64,000 nucleotides of DNA from Candidatus Marinacidobacterales bacterium (GTDB lineage: Bacteria; Acidobacteriota; Vicinamibacteria; Marinacidobacterales; DATDRI01): NCBI GenBank assembly GCA_965226495.1, contig OZ245365.1:5952001-6016000 (forward strand), given 5' to 3'. Position numbers and translations under genes: made by a program. Shown one piece after another: positions 40,629-49,233 of this stretch (positions are counted from its first letter, which is position 1; each line of letters begins with the position of its first letter). The notes under the pieces were generated by a model, which worked only from the letters and a program-made list of their open reading frames with translations, had not been told where the DNA came from and ran no database searches.

Positions 40629-41975
40629 ATGGACCGCGCAGTTGTTCACGAAGGCCGCGTTGACTCGGTCTGGCTCGCTGGCGAAGCCACGTATGAGCCC
40701 ACCCGAAGACTCACCGCTGTGCGCCGCGCCGATGTTGCCATCATCGGAGGTGGTTTCACCGGCGTGTCCACTGCCTATCACCTGTCGAAGCGACACCCGG
40801 ACAAGCGGATCCTGATCCTGGAGGCCCACGAGCTCGCTTCCGGAGCGAGTGGCCGTAACGGGGGTTTGGTCCTCACCGGGCTACCCGGTCTTCACCCGAA
40901 CGACCCCGATGAGTACCGCGATCATTACGAGATGAGCCGTGCAGGAATTGATCTCATCGAATCGATCATCAAAGAAAATGGACTGGACGTTTCGTTTCGA
41001 CGTGACGGTTGCCTCAAGCTTTTTACCAGCCAGAGACGAGCCGATATCGCCGCCGCCGAGACCGAAAGGCGTCATGCAGCGGGTGTTCCGGAGGAGTTTC
41101 TTGCTGGGGAAGTGTTAGACGATTGGATTCGAATGCAGGGCGTCAAGGGCGCCATACTCGATCCCACTGCTGGGCAGCTGAACGGTGCTCAGTTCGTACG
41201 GAGTTTGCGTCCGATCTTGGCGAACCGGGGTGTCGAGATATACGAGCGAACGCCGGTGATCTCGGTTCAAGAAGGTTCTGAAGTGAGGCTCGAGACACCG
41301 GGAGGCGAGGTCCGGGCGCGAGCGATTGTCTTGGCGACCAATGCCTACACCCCACGCCTCGGCTACTTCAAGAACCAGCTCATTCCCTTACATTCTCACG
41401 TTCTCGCGACCGAACCTCTTACTAGTAGGGAATGGGGTGAGATCGGTTGGCGAAGAGGTTGTGGGTTCATCGATGATTCGGGTCGAACAGCCTATGGTGC
41501 CATGACGGCGGAGGGCCAGATGGTCTTTGGAGGCGGGAGTAACGCTTCCTACGACTATCTTTTTGGTAGCAGGGCGAATCTTTCCGAGAGGAGAGACCAG
41601 GCGACGAACGCCGTTTACAGACAGCTGGGACGATATTTCCCGAAAGCTCGCCTCGTGGGTGTTCGTCAGCGATGGAGCGGAGCGATCGGAATGACCTTCA
41701 ACCGCGTGCCCACGATAGGCGTCCGTGGTTCCCACCGCAACGTCTACTATGCAGTAGGGTACAGCGGGTTCGGAATCACGATGTCGAACCTCGCCGGTAA
41801 GATACTTTGCGATATCTACAGCGATGACGATGATCGCTGGCGCACGTTGCCGTTTTATTGTCGGGAGCCGTCGTGGATTCCGCCCGAGCCGCTCCGTTGG
41901 TTAGGCTACAAGGCCTTCACCGGCTTGACCGGCAACTCGCCCCGCACCTGGCACAAGAAGCGCCTGCGCTCGTAG
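40629..41975 (+). CDS. FAD-dependent oxidoreductase (DadA/PuuB-like)
   Basis: IIGGGFTG, GASGRNGG, LATNAY, GYSGFG. Confidence 0.9.
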   Translation: MDRAVVHEGRVDSVWLAGEATYEPTRRLTAVRRADVAIIGGGFTGVSTAYHLSKRHPDKRILILEAHELASGASGRNGGLVLTGLPGLHPNDPDEYRDHYEMSRAGIDLIESIIKENGLDVSFRRDGCLKLFTSQRRADIAAAETERRHAAGVPEEFLAGEVLDDWIRMQGVKGAILDPTAGQLNGAQFVRSLRPILANRGVEIYERTPVISVQEGSEVRLETPGGEVRARAIVLATNAYTPRLGYFKNQLIPLHSHVLATEPLTSREWGEIGWRRGCGFIDDSGRTAYGAMTAEGQMVFGGGSNASYDYLFGSRANLSERRDQATNAVYRQLGRYFPKARLVGVRQRWSGAIGMTFNRVPTIGVRGSHRNVYYAVGYSGFGITMSNLAGKILCDIYSDDDDRWRTLPFYCREPSWIPPEPLRWLGYKAFTGLTGNSPRTWHKKRLRS

Positions 41976-41981
41976 CTGCCC

Positions 41982-42407
41982 CTACTCACCAGGTACAACC
42001 TGAATCGACCAAAGAAAGTGGGTGAGCTGGTTGATGCGTTCTTGCGCTTGCGCCTCGGTGTCGGTGGTTTTGAAGGCGTTTCCCCAGACCGGCATGTCTT
42101 TGCTCCCATGGCCGGCCACCTTTTCACGGCCGTCGATTATTTTGCCGACGTCGTCGAATGGGAATTCCCCGTTTCTCTCTCTGATGCGAGTGAGATCCGC
42201 CGGCGCCACTCTCAGATCGTTGGCGAGGGGTCCATCTCCCTTGGCGCCCAAGCCATGGCAGCTCCCACAATAGGTCTTGAAGGACTCACCTCCCGCGGCG
42301 GCCGCCGCGTTGGGCCTTTCTCTTTGCTGTCCAGCGCCCAGCAGAAGGATCGCCAGGAGGCCCGGAACGAGCAGAAGGTCAACAGTCGCAGATCTTGTCT
42401 TTTGCAT
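41982..42407 (-). CDS. Monoheme c-type cytochrome
   Basis: Signal peptide, CGSCH, PADLT, MPVWG. Confidence 0.9.
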   Translation of the reverse strand: MQKTRSATVDLLLVPGLLAILLLGAGQQRERPNAAAAAGGESFKTYCGSCHGLGAKGDGPLANDLRVAPADLTRIRERNGEFPFDDVGKIIDGREKVAGHGSKDMPVWGNAFKTTDTEAQAQERINQLTHFLWSIQVVPGE

Positions 42408-42595
42408 GTTTATTCCTCCTACTAAAGGAATGTTTCCTTTGAAGGGAGGGGCAAGAAATATTCCACCGGAGTCCCAGGATCCTCTTTCTCTATGTGGTTC
42501 TGAAGGTGTACGTTAGCAAGGTAAACCGAGGCTCGCGGGCAGTCCCGTGGCTCGGTTGGGGGATTCGGCGCAGTTTTCTGGGCTAAATAGACCAA

Positions 42596-43738
42596 ATGGC
42601 AAAGACGGGAAGTACGGTCCGATTGCTTCTGGTTGGAGCGGGGCACGCCCACATGGAGGTTATTCGACGCCTCGTAGTGAGCTCTGATTCTTGGGCGCAC
42701 GTCACCGTCGTATCCCAATTCGACAAGCACCACTATTCGGGCATGGTGCCGGGGTATCTCCGGGGGAGCTACCGCGAGGAAGACGTCTCTTTCGACCTGC
42801 CACCCCTGATCACCGCGGCCGGGGGTGAGTTCGTCTGCAAGCGAGCGGTCGGTATCGATCCCGCCCGCCGCGTCGTTCGCTTGGAAGGTGGTGGGGAGAT
42901 CGAGTACGACATCGTTTCCTTCAATGTGGGATCCCGGACCATCGCGGGGGATTCCGCCGGCCCGCATGCGGCGCTCGTGAAACCCATGTCCCGAGCGGTC
43001 GACCTTCATCGCCGCATACTCGAGCTCGCCCATCGGGACGGGAGCAAAACACGGCATGCCGCCGTTGTCGGCGGCGGGTCCGCGGGCGTGGAGATAGCCT
43101 TTGCAATATCCGCGGTGCTCGACGACGCTGGTCGCGATCGGGACGTAAAGATCCTCGAGGGTTCGGACGGGATTCTCCGGGGGTACTCGGAGCGCTTTCG
43201 AGAACGCGCCGTAAGTATCCTGAGGCACAAGAAAATCAACGTGCGTACGGGCCGGAGAGTCGTCAAGGTTCATCCGGACACGGTCGAGCTCGAGGACGGT
43301 TCTCGCGACGAGAGTGACCTGACCGTGTGGGTCACCGGACCAGCCGGCCCTGGGATCTTCGAAGGGTCGAAGCTCCAGCTCGACGGTCGCGGGTTCCTTC
43401 TCGTCGACGACTCCCTTCGCTCGTTGAGCGATCCCAATGTGCTTGGCGTCGGCGACTGTGTCACGTTGGCTAACTATCCGGCGACACCGAAGGCGGGGGT
43501 CTATGCGGTAAGAGAGGCCCCGATCCTTTGGGAGAGCCTTCTTTCGGCCGTCGGCCAGGGGGCTCGGCCTCGCTACCGACCCCAAGAAGGTTTTCTTTCT
43601 ATCCTTAATACTGCCGACGGAAAGGCCTTGTTGCGATATAAGTCCTACATCACGCATAGTCTTCCCGCCTGGTGGCTCAAGGATTGGATCGATCGGCGCT
43701 TTGTGGCGAAGTACCAAAGTTTGGTTGGAGCGAAATAG
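42596..43738 (+). CDS. Pyridine nucleotide-disulfide oxidoreductase of the type usually fused to the N-terminus of SelD
   Basis: LVGAGHAH, YSGMVPG, GGGSAGVE, GDC, PKAGVYAVR, WLKDWIDRRF. Confidence 0.85.
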   Translation: MAKTGSTVRLLLVGAGHAHMEVIRRLVVSSDSWAHVTVVSQFDKHHYSGMVPGYLRGSYREEDVSFDLPPLITAAGGEFVCKRAVGIDPARRVVRLEGGGEIEYDIVSFNVGSRTIAGDSAGPHAALVKPMSRAVDLHRRILELAHRDGSKTRHAAVVGGGSAGVEIAFAISAVLDDAGRDRDVKILEGSDGILRGYSERFRERAVSILRHKKINVRTGRRVVKVHPDTVELEDGSRDESDLTVWVTGPAGPGIFEGSKLQLDGRGFLLVDDSLRSLSDPNVLGVGDCVTLANYPATPKAGVYAVREAPILWESLLSAVGQGARPRYRPQEGFLSILNTADGKALLRYKSYITHSLPAWWLKDWIDRRFVAKYQSLVGAK

Positions 43739-43740
43739 TC

Positions 43741-44439
43741 ATGTATTTTTGCCATTCTGACGAGATGTGGCGAAAGTTTCCGCAGCTCGTTCCTGGGGCG
43801 ATGGTTATTACCGGAGTTCACGCCGATGCCGATGTGAGTCTCGCGCCTTGGTTCGACCGCGCTCGGGAACGCTTGGAGGTCGGCCCGGAGTCCCAGTTGC
43901 CGGAGATCGTCGCTTGGCGCCGCGCCTACGCGCAGATGGGAATGAAGCCCACGCAGTACCTCTCCGCCGCAGAGGCACTTCTGCGTCGCTTCCGGACGGA
44001 GGGCGATTTGCCTCTTCTTCATCCTCTGGTCGATCTTTGTAACGCGGTCTCGCTAGCCTTCGCGCTACCGGTTGCGGTCTTCGATCTCGGGAAGGTGGAT
44101 CGGTATCTCGAGGTGCGCCATTCGAAGGGTGTCGAGCAGTACCTCACCTTCGGCGGCGAGATAGAGACACCTCCTCAGGGTGAGGTGATCTTCGCCGATG
44201 CTTCGAATCAGGCTCATGCTCGCCGGTGGACGTTTCGCCAGAGCAAGAGATCCGCGATGGGCCCGGGGACGACGACGGCGCTCGTTGTTGCCGAGGGATT
44301 GCATGAGACGGCCTTCCGGGATGTTCCCGCACTACTTGATGCGCTTGATGAGGCGGTCACAAAGTCTTGGGCTGCTCCGCACCAGCGGGCCGTTTTGAGC
44401 GTCGAGGGTCCTCGCTTGGAGTTTGCTCTCGATCTCTGA
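43741..44439 (+). CDS. Standalone B3/B4 (PheRS-beta editing) domain protein
   Basis: AWRRAYAQMG.KPTQY.SAAEALLRR, LVDLCNAVSL, GEVIFAD, RRW. Confidence 0.88.
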   Translation: MYFCHSDEMWRKFPQLVPGAMVITGVHADADVSLAPWFDRARERLEVGPESQLPEIVAWRRAYAQMGMKPTQYLSAAEALLRRFRTEGDLPLLHPLVDLCNAVSLAFALPVAVFDLGKVDRYLEVRHSKGVEQYLTFGGEIETPPQGEVIFADASNQAHARRWTFRQSKRSAMGPGTTTALVVAEGLHETAFRDVPALLDALDEAVTKSWAAPHQRAVLSVEGPRLEFALDL

Positions 44440-44458
44440 TATTTAAAAGGAGGAAACC

Positions 44459-45274
44459 ATGCCGACGGTCCGATTGAGACGCGTGTCCGAGTATCCCGAG
44501 AAGATGCAGAAGCGTTTCGAGTTGGCTAAGGAATGGTTCAACTATGATTTCGAGACGCCACCGGCGATGAGTCTGGTTATGGCGTGGGACCCTGGGTTCG
44601 GCGCTCCCCATGGCCGCGCCATGAAGCGCGCCGCCGAACCGGGAGAGTTCACGCGCGCCGAAAAGGAGATGGTGGCGTCCGTCGTTAGCGGCGTGAACGC
44701 CTGCGAGTATTGAGTGAAGGCGCATACTGCAGCCGGGAAGCTGCAAGGAATGAAAGAAGACGCGCTCTGGTACGAGGCGGCGAACACGGTGGGAATCACG
44801 AACGCGCTGAACGTGGTAACGGATTCTCTGTCTCCGGACGCGAGCACGCACCTTATCGAGCCGGTGGACGAGAGGATCGATGACAAGAGAACGGCCTCGT
44901 GTTTCGCGAATATCCGAGACTTCTATGACAGTGAGAGTGTGCCGCTCCCGTTTCGGATCGCGGCGCATGACCCTGGCTATCTGGGCGATCTTTGGGAGAC
45001 GGTCCGGCACGCATTCAGCGATAGACGGCTCACGAGACGCTTCAAGGAGGCGCTGGCATTCGCAGTGTCGGTCACGACGAGCTCTCGATTCGGCACCGCC
45101 TTTCACCTCGCGGAGATGCGCCGGCTAGGAGTAGGAAACAAAGGGGTCATGGAAGTTTTGGGCATGACCCAGATGTTCTCTAGCTATACGAAGATTGCGG
45201 ATACGCTTCAGCTCGATCCGGACATGGGTGACATCGCGCCTATCGACCCGTCTCCCGTTCCCGATCCGAGCTGA
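44459..45274 (+). CDS. AhpD/CMD-like selenoprotein (CxxU, Sec85), two CMD domains, 271 aa
   Basis: In-frame TGA at 44711-44713 within VNAC-E-Y-U-VKAH (AhpD CxxC-xxxH pattern); frame stays open; AAGGAGG RBS; downstream hairpin. Confidence 0.88.
44728..44745 (+). promoter_or_regulatory. Putative bacterial SECIS element (AhpD-like gene)
   Basis: TGCAGC-CGGGAA-GCTGCA hairpin; loop starts 20 nt after the UGA and has G near its 5' side. Confidence 0.65.
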
Positions 45275-45288
45275 CTCGAGGAGGAATC

Positions 45289-45948
45289 ATGAAGAAGTGG
45301 TTGATTGGAATCGCCATAGTTGCCGGCGTGGCCGCGCTCGCTAGCCAGGGCTACTACTATGCTCTCAAGAAGGCATGGGTCCTCTACAACGAGTACGACA
45401 TCCGCAGCGAGGGTACGCTGCGGGTGGGCGATCTGGCTCCGGACCTGGAGCTCGCGAGTGTGGACGGTGGAACCCAAAAGTTATCCGATCTGTTCAAGCA
45501 AAAACCGCTGGTCCTCATTTTTGGAAGCTACACCTGACCGCCTTTTCGAGCCAGTTTGGCCGAAGTCGAAGAGCTGAGGGAGAAGTTTCGAAGCGACGCC
45601 GAGTTCGCCATCGTTTACATCAAAGAAGCTCATCCTGGGGACGAGTGGCAGCTAGATAGCAACATCGAGGGGGAGATCGTCTATAACCAACCGAACTCTT
45701 TCGAGGCGCGGATGGATCTCGCCAAGACCTTCATCGATAAGATGGAAGTGAAGACACCGACGCTCGTCGACGATATCCAGAATACGGCGATGGCTTGCTA
45801 CGCAGCGTGGCCGGAGAGGCTCTACGTCATCGACACCGATGGCACGATCGACTACAAGGGGGACATGGGACCCTTCGGATTCAAGCCGGAGCAGTTGGAA
45901 GGCTACCTCGAGGAGCGATTCGCGGGAAGGGGCGCGACAGACCGCTAG
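45289..45948 (+). CDS. Iodothyronine deiodinase-like selenoprotein (Sec83), N-terminal membrane anchor, 219 aa
   Basis: In-frame TGA at 45535-45537 within PLVLIFGSYT-U-PPF; downstream YIKEAHPGDEW, YAAWPERLYVI, YKGDMGP. Confidence 0.92.
45544..45565 (+). promoter_or_regulatory. Putative bacterial SECIS element (deiodinase-like gene)
   Basis: TTTCG-A-GCCA-GTT-TGGC-CGAAG bulged hairpin; GU-starting loop 16 nt after the UGA. Confidence 0.65.
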
Positions 45949-46985
45949 TGGCAACTCCCACTCAAACGTTCGATGCCGCGAAGGTCAAAGAACTGGCCCT
46001 CGAGCTGGGGGCCGATCTCGTCGGCATCGCCAGCGCGAAGACGCTCAACGCGTTCCCTCCCGATCCGAAGTATCCGCAGACGCCGGAGCGCGTTTCTCCT
46101 CACTGCAAGAGCGTCGTCGTCGTCGTACAACGGATCCCGGTCGGTGCCTTCCGCTGCAAGTCCAACGTGCCGGTTCAGTACTTGGATATGCTCGTGCTCC
46201 GGAAGATGGACAAGGTCGCTTATCGGTTGGCCGAGCATCTGGAGCGCGCCGGCCATCCGTCCTTCGTGACCGCGGCCCAAGAGACCGACTGGAACTATAA
46301 AAAAGCAAGCTACGGACGGCTGAGCACGCGCCACCTCGGCATCGAAGCGGGGCTCGGCACATTCGGTCTAGAAGTGAACATCTTGACGCCGGAGTACGGG
46401 CCTCGGGTCTATCTCACTGGAGTTCTGACCGAGCTCGAGCTCGAGCCCGACGCACCCATGACTGAGCAGGTGTGTATCGGCGAGTCCTGCAGCCGTTGCC
46501 TCTATAGCTGCCCAACGGATGCCATCGGGCATTTCGACATCGATAAGCGTGAATGCGCGAAGGAGGCGCAAGAGTTTGGTTTCGTCACAATCCTCAAGTA
46601 TTTCGAGCGGTTCGTCGCGGCGCCCCGAGAAGCCAAGGCGGCGATGCTGAAGTCGCGTGACCTCTACGGTTTCTGGCAGGGGTTGCTCCGGGTGGTTGGA
46701 TCCTTCGGGGATTGTCCGAGGTGCCTCGCTGTCTGCCCGGTCGGAGATGACTACTACGCGCATTTGGTCGAGATACAAAAGTTCATTCCCGAGACGACCG
46801 ACGAGAAGATCGCCAAGGCTAAGAAGTTCAAGGCGGCTCGCAAGCGTGGCGATGCCGTCGAGGGGCTCAACGAATGGAACGCCCGATGGGTAGGGCCGGA
46901 AGGTTACCAAGGTCTCGTGGCACGGCACGTCAAGAAATTCCGCGAGAAACAAAAAGAACTCCTCGCGCGGTCTGGGAAGAGATAG
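45948..46985 (+). CDS. QueG/reductive dehalogenase-like cobalamin-Fe-S protein, paralog 1
   Basis: LGADLVGIA, RHLGIEAGLG, LTPEYGPRV, CIGESCSRCLYSCP...C...CPRCLAVCP; GTG start overlaps the upstream TAG. Confidence 0.85.
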   Translation: MATPTQTFDAAKVKELALELGADLVGIASAKTLNAFPPDPKYPQTPERVSPHCKSVVVVVQRIPVGAFRCKSNVPVQYLDMLVLRKMDKVAYRLAEHLERAGHPSFVTAAQETDWNYKKASYGRLSTRHLGIEAGLGTFGLEVNILTPEYGPRVYLTGVLTELELEPDAPMTEQVCIGESCSRCLYSCPTDAIGHFDIDKRECAKEAQEFGFVTILKYFERFVAAPREAKAAMLKSRDLYGFWQGLLRVVGSFGDCPRCLAVCPVGDDYYAHLVEIQKFIPETTDEKIAKAKKFKAARKRGDAVEGLNEWNARWVGPEGYQGLVARHVKKFREKQKELLARSGKR

Positions 46986-46995
46986 TTTCCGCATC

Positions 46996-48012
46996 ATGGC
47001 CGAGATCTACCAAGCACATCTGACTGCCCAGCAGATCAAGGCGAAGGCACGGGAGCTCGGCGCCGACCTAGTCGGAATCGCCGACGGTAAGATGATAGAG
47101 GAACACCCTCCCGAGCCGAGCGATCCGCGGCGACCATCCGATATCACCGACTATGACGGTGAGCGCGTCATCGTTATGGCGAAGAAGTATACGAGTGGCA
47201 CCACCCGTATTCTTCCTTGGAACGACCGTCACAAGTACTACAACGACGAGCTGACGTTGACGCTCTTGGAAGAGGCTTCGCTCGAGCTCGTTTACTGGCT
47301 CGAGGACAACGGCTACCCGTCCATCATCATTCCTCCCACCCACGTCGATCCCTGGCGCTACCAGGACAAACCGGAGGAGCACCAAAAGACGTTACTGTCG
47401 CTAACCCATGCAGCGGTCGAGGCGGGCTTGGGAACCCTCGGTCTAAACTTGCAACTGCTTACGCCCGAGTACGGACCGCGGGTGATCCTCACCGCGGTAC
47501 TGTGCTCCGTGGATTGCGAAGCAGACAGTCGCATCGAAGAAGCGCTCTGCCTCGGGCCCGAGTGCGGGCGGTGTTTGGAAACCTGCCCCGGAGACGTCGT
47601 CCAGCACTGGAATCGCGATTGGGAAGGGTGCGATCGCTACCGATCGCCGCACGGCTTCGCCCAGTTGACCGACCACCTCGTCACCATCCTGGACGAGGCG
47701 GACGTTGCCAAACAGAAGGAGATGGTCCGTTCGGAGGAAAGCTTCAACCTTTGGCAGAGCATTTTGCGAGGGGCCGGTGTCATTACCGGTTGCCGCCGGT
47801 GCCAGGACGTCTGCCCGGTGGGCGAAGACTACGCCGTCCTGGAGGATGCTCTAGAACGGATCCCCGAGAGCACGCCCGAGAAGAAGACACACCTCCTCGA
47901 GATGATGGAGGTCGAAAAAAGGGAAGTCCCCCCTGGCGGCTACCAAGCCCAACGCCGTTGGATCGGGGAGGTTACGTACCGCAAGCCCTGGCCTAAAGCC
48001 TTCGATGTCTGA
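46996..48012 (+). CDS. QueG/reductive dehalogenase-like cobalamin-Fe-S protein, paralog 2
   Basis: LGADLVGIA, THAAVEAGLG, LTPEYGPRV, CLGPECGRCLETCP...C...CRRCQDVCP. Confidence 0.85.
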   Translation: MAEIYQAHLTAQQIKAKARELGADLVGIADGKMIEEHPPEPSDPRRPSDITDYDGERVIVMAKKYTSGTTRILPWNDRHKYYNDELTLTLLEEASLELVYWLEDNGYPSIIIPPTHVDPWRYQDKPEEHQKTLLSLTHAAVEAGLGTLGLNLQLLTPEYGPRVILTAVLCSVDCEADSRIEEALCLGPECGRCLETCPGDVVQHWNRDWEGCDRYRSPHGFAQLTDHLVTILDEADVAKQKEMVRSEESFNLWQSILRGAGVITGCRRCQDVCPVGEDYAVLEDALERIPESTPEKKTHLLEMMEVEKREVPPGGYQAQRRWIGEVTYRKPWPKAFDV

Positions 48013-49114
48013 CGCAATCCGCCTGCTTTGTTCGATCGTCGCAGCCTCCCTTCTTTCATCGACTACAACGTCCGCGCAAACCGTGCTCCGAACCCGGAAC
48101 GTCGTTCTGGTTACCGCCGACGGCCTGCGGCACCAGGAGCTCTTCGGTGGACTGGACCGCGCTCTTCTCGAGGGCGAACGAAAGAGTGGAATCGAGGATC
48201 CCGAGGCCCTTTCGGCACGCTTTTGGCGCCACTCAACACGGGACCGTCGCGAACGGTTGATGCCCTTTTTCTGGAAGACCCTTGCACCCCGGGGGATCGT
48301 TCTTGGGAGTCGCGCCGACGGGGCCACGGTCTCGGTGACCAATCCTCATCGCGTCTCCTATCCCTGCTATGCGGAGATACTCACCGGTCAAGTACAGCCA
48401 AAAGTAACCGGCAACATCCCGATCCAGATTCCCCACGAGACGGTGCTCGAGTTCGTCCGACGAGAGCTCGAGCTGGAGACGACCCAAGTCGCAGCCTTCA
48501 CTTCATGGAATCACTTTCCTTATATCGTCGAGCACCAGCCCGGGTCCATCACCGTAAACGCTGGAGGGCCGTTGCCCGAGGGCATGCAAACCGAGGAGAT
48601 CCGTCGCCTTGTATCGCTCGAAAAGAGAACGCTGTCTCCATGGAGCTCGGTGCGGCAGAACGTCTTCACCGAAGGCCTAGCCTTCGCTTACCTCAGGGAG
48701 TTCCAGCCGCGCTTTCTTTTTCTCGCGCTCGATGAGACCGACGAGTGGGCCCACGGGCGGCGCTACGACCGTACCCTCCAGGCGATCCGAAACTTCGATG
48801 AGACGCTTCGGTTGTTATGGACGCTCCTCCAGTCGATGGAGGCTTATCGCGACAAGACGACGTTCGTGATCACGACCGACCATGGACGGGGCCGCACGCC
48901 CGCCGATTGGACGTCACACGGCAAAGACATCCCGGGGGCCGAGGAGATTTGGATCGCGATCATCGGCCCCGATACAACTGCCCAGGGGGTCGTCCCCAAC
49001 CATCCCCCTTTTAAGCAGACCCAGATCGCCGCCACGATTCTCAAGTTCTTCGGGCTGGATCCAGGAAAGTTCAACCCTCGAGCCGGGGAGCCGGTTTCGC
49101 TCGCGTTACCCTGA
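48005..49114 (+). CDS. Secreted alkaline-phosphatase-superfamily protein
   Basis: VVLVTADGLR, SYP.Y.EILTG, ETDEWAH, ITTDHGRG. Confidence 0.85.
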   Translation: MSDAIRLLCSIVAASLLSSTTTSAQTVLRTRNVVLVTADGLRHQELFGGLDRALLEGERKSGIEDPEALSARFWRHSTRDRRERLMPFFWKTLAPRGIVLGSRADGATVSVTNPHRVSYPCYAEILTGQVQPKVTGNIPIQIPHETVLEFVRRELELETTQVAAFTSWNHFPYIVEHQPGSITVNAGGPLPEGMQTEEIRRLVSLEKRTLSPWSSVRQNVFTEGLAFAYLREFQPRFLFLALDETDEWAHGRRYDRTLQAIRNFDETLRLLWTLLQSMEAYRDKTTFVITTDHGRGRTPADWTSHGKDIPGAEEIWIAIIGPDTTAQGVVPNHPPFKQTQIAATILKFFGLDPGKFNPRAGEPVSLALP

Positions 49115-49233
49115 GCCTGCCGCTAGATCTCCGAGCGAGGACCGGGTACAGGATTTGATCTACGTCACAGTCATCGCCACCGTTCGCGTGGTAGAACTGA
49201 ACTGCGGGTTTCTCGAACCCGCAGGGGGTTCCA

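Noticed and set aside
42422-43717. 431-aa antisense ORF (also 59174-60292, 28219-29211 and 5597-6484)
   Set aside because: Shadow ORFs opposite well-supported genes, with no motifs; expected in high-GC DNA.
44459-45948. Reading the four ORF-track pieces as separate small genes or pseudogenes
   Set aside because: Both stops are TGA at catalytic Cys-equivalent positions, in frame, with downstream hairpins; Sec recoding explains them better.
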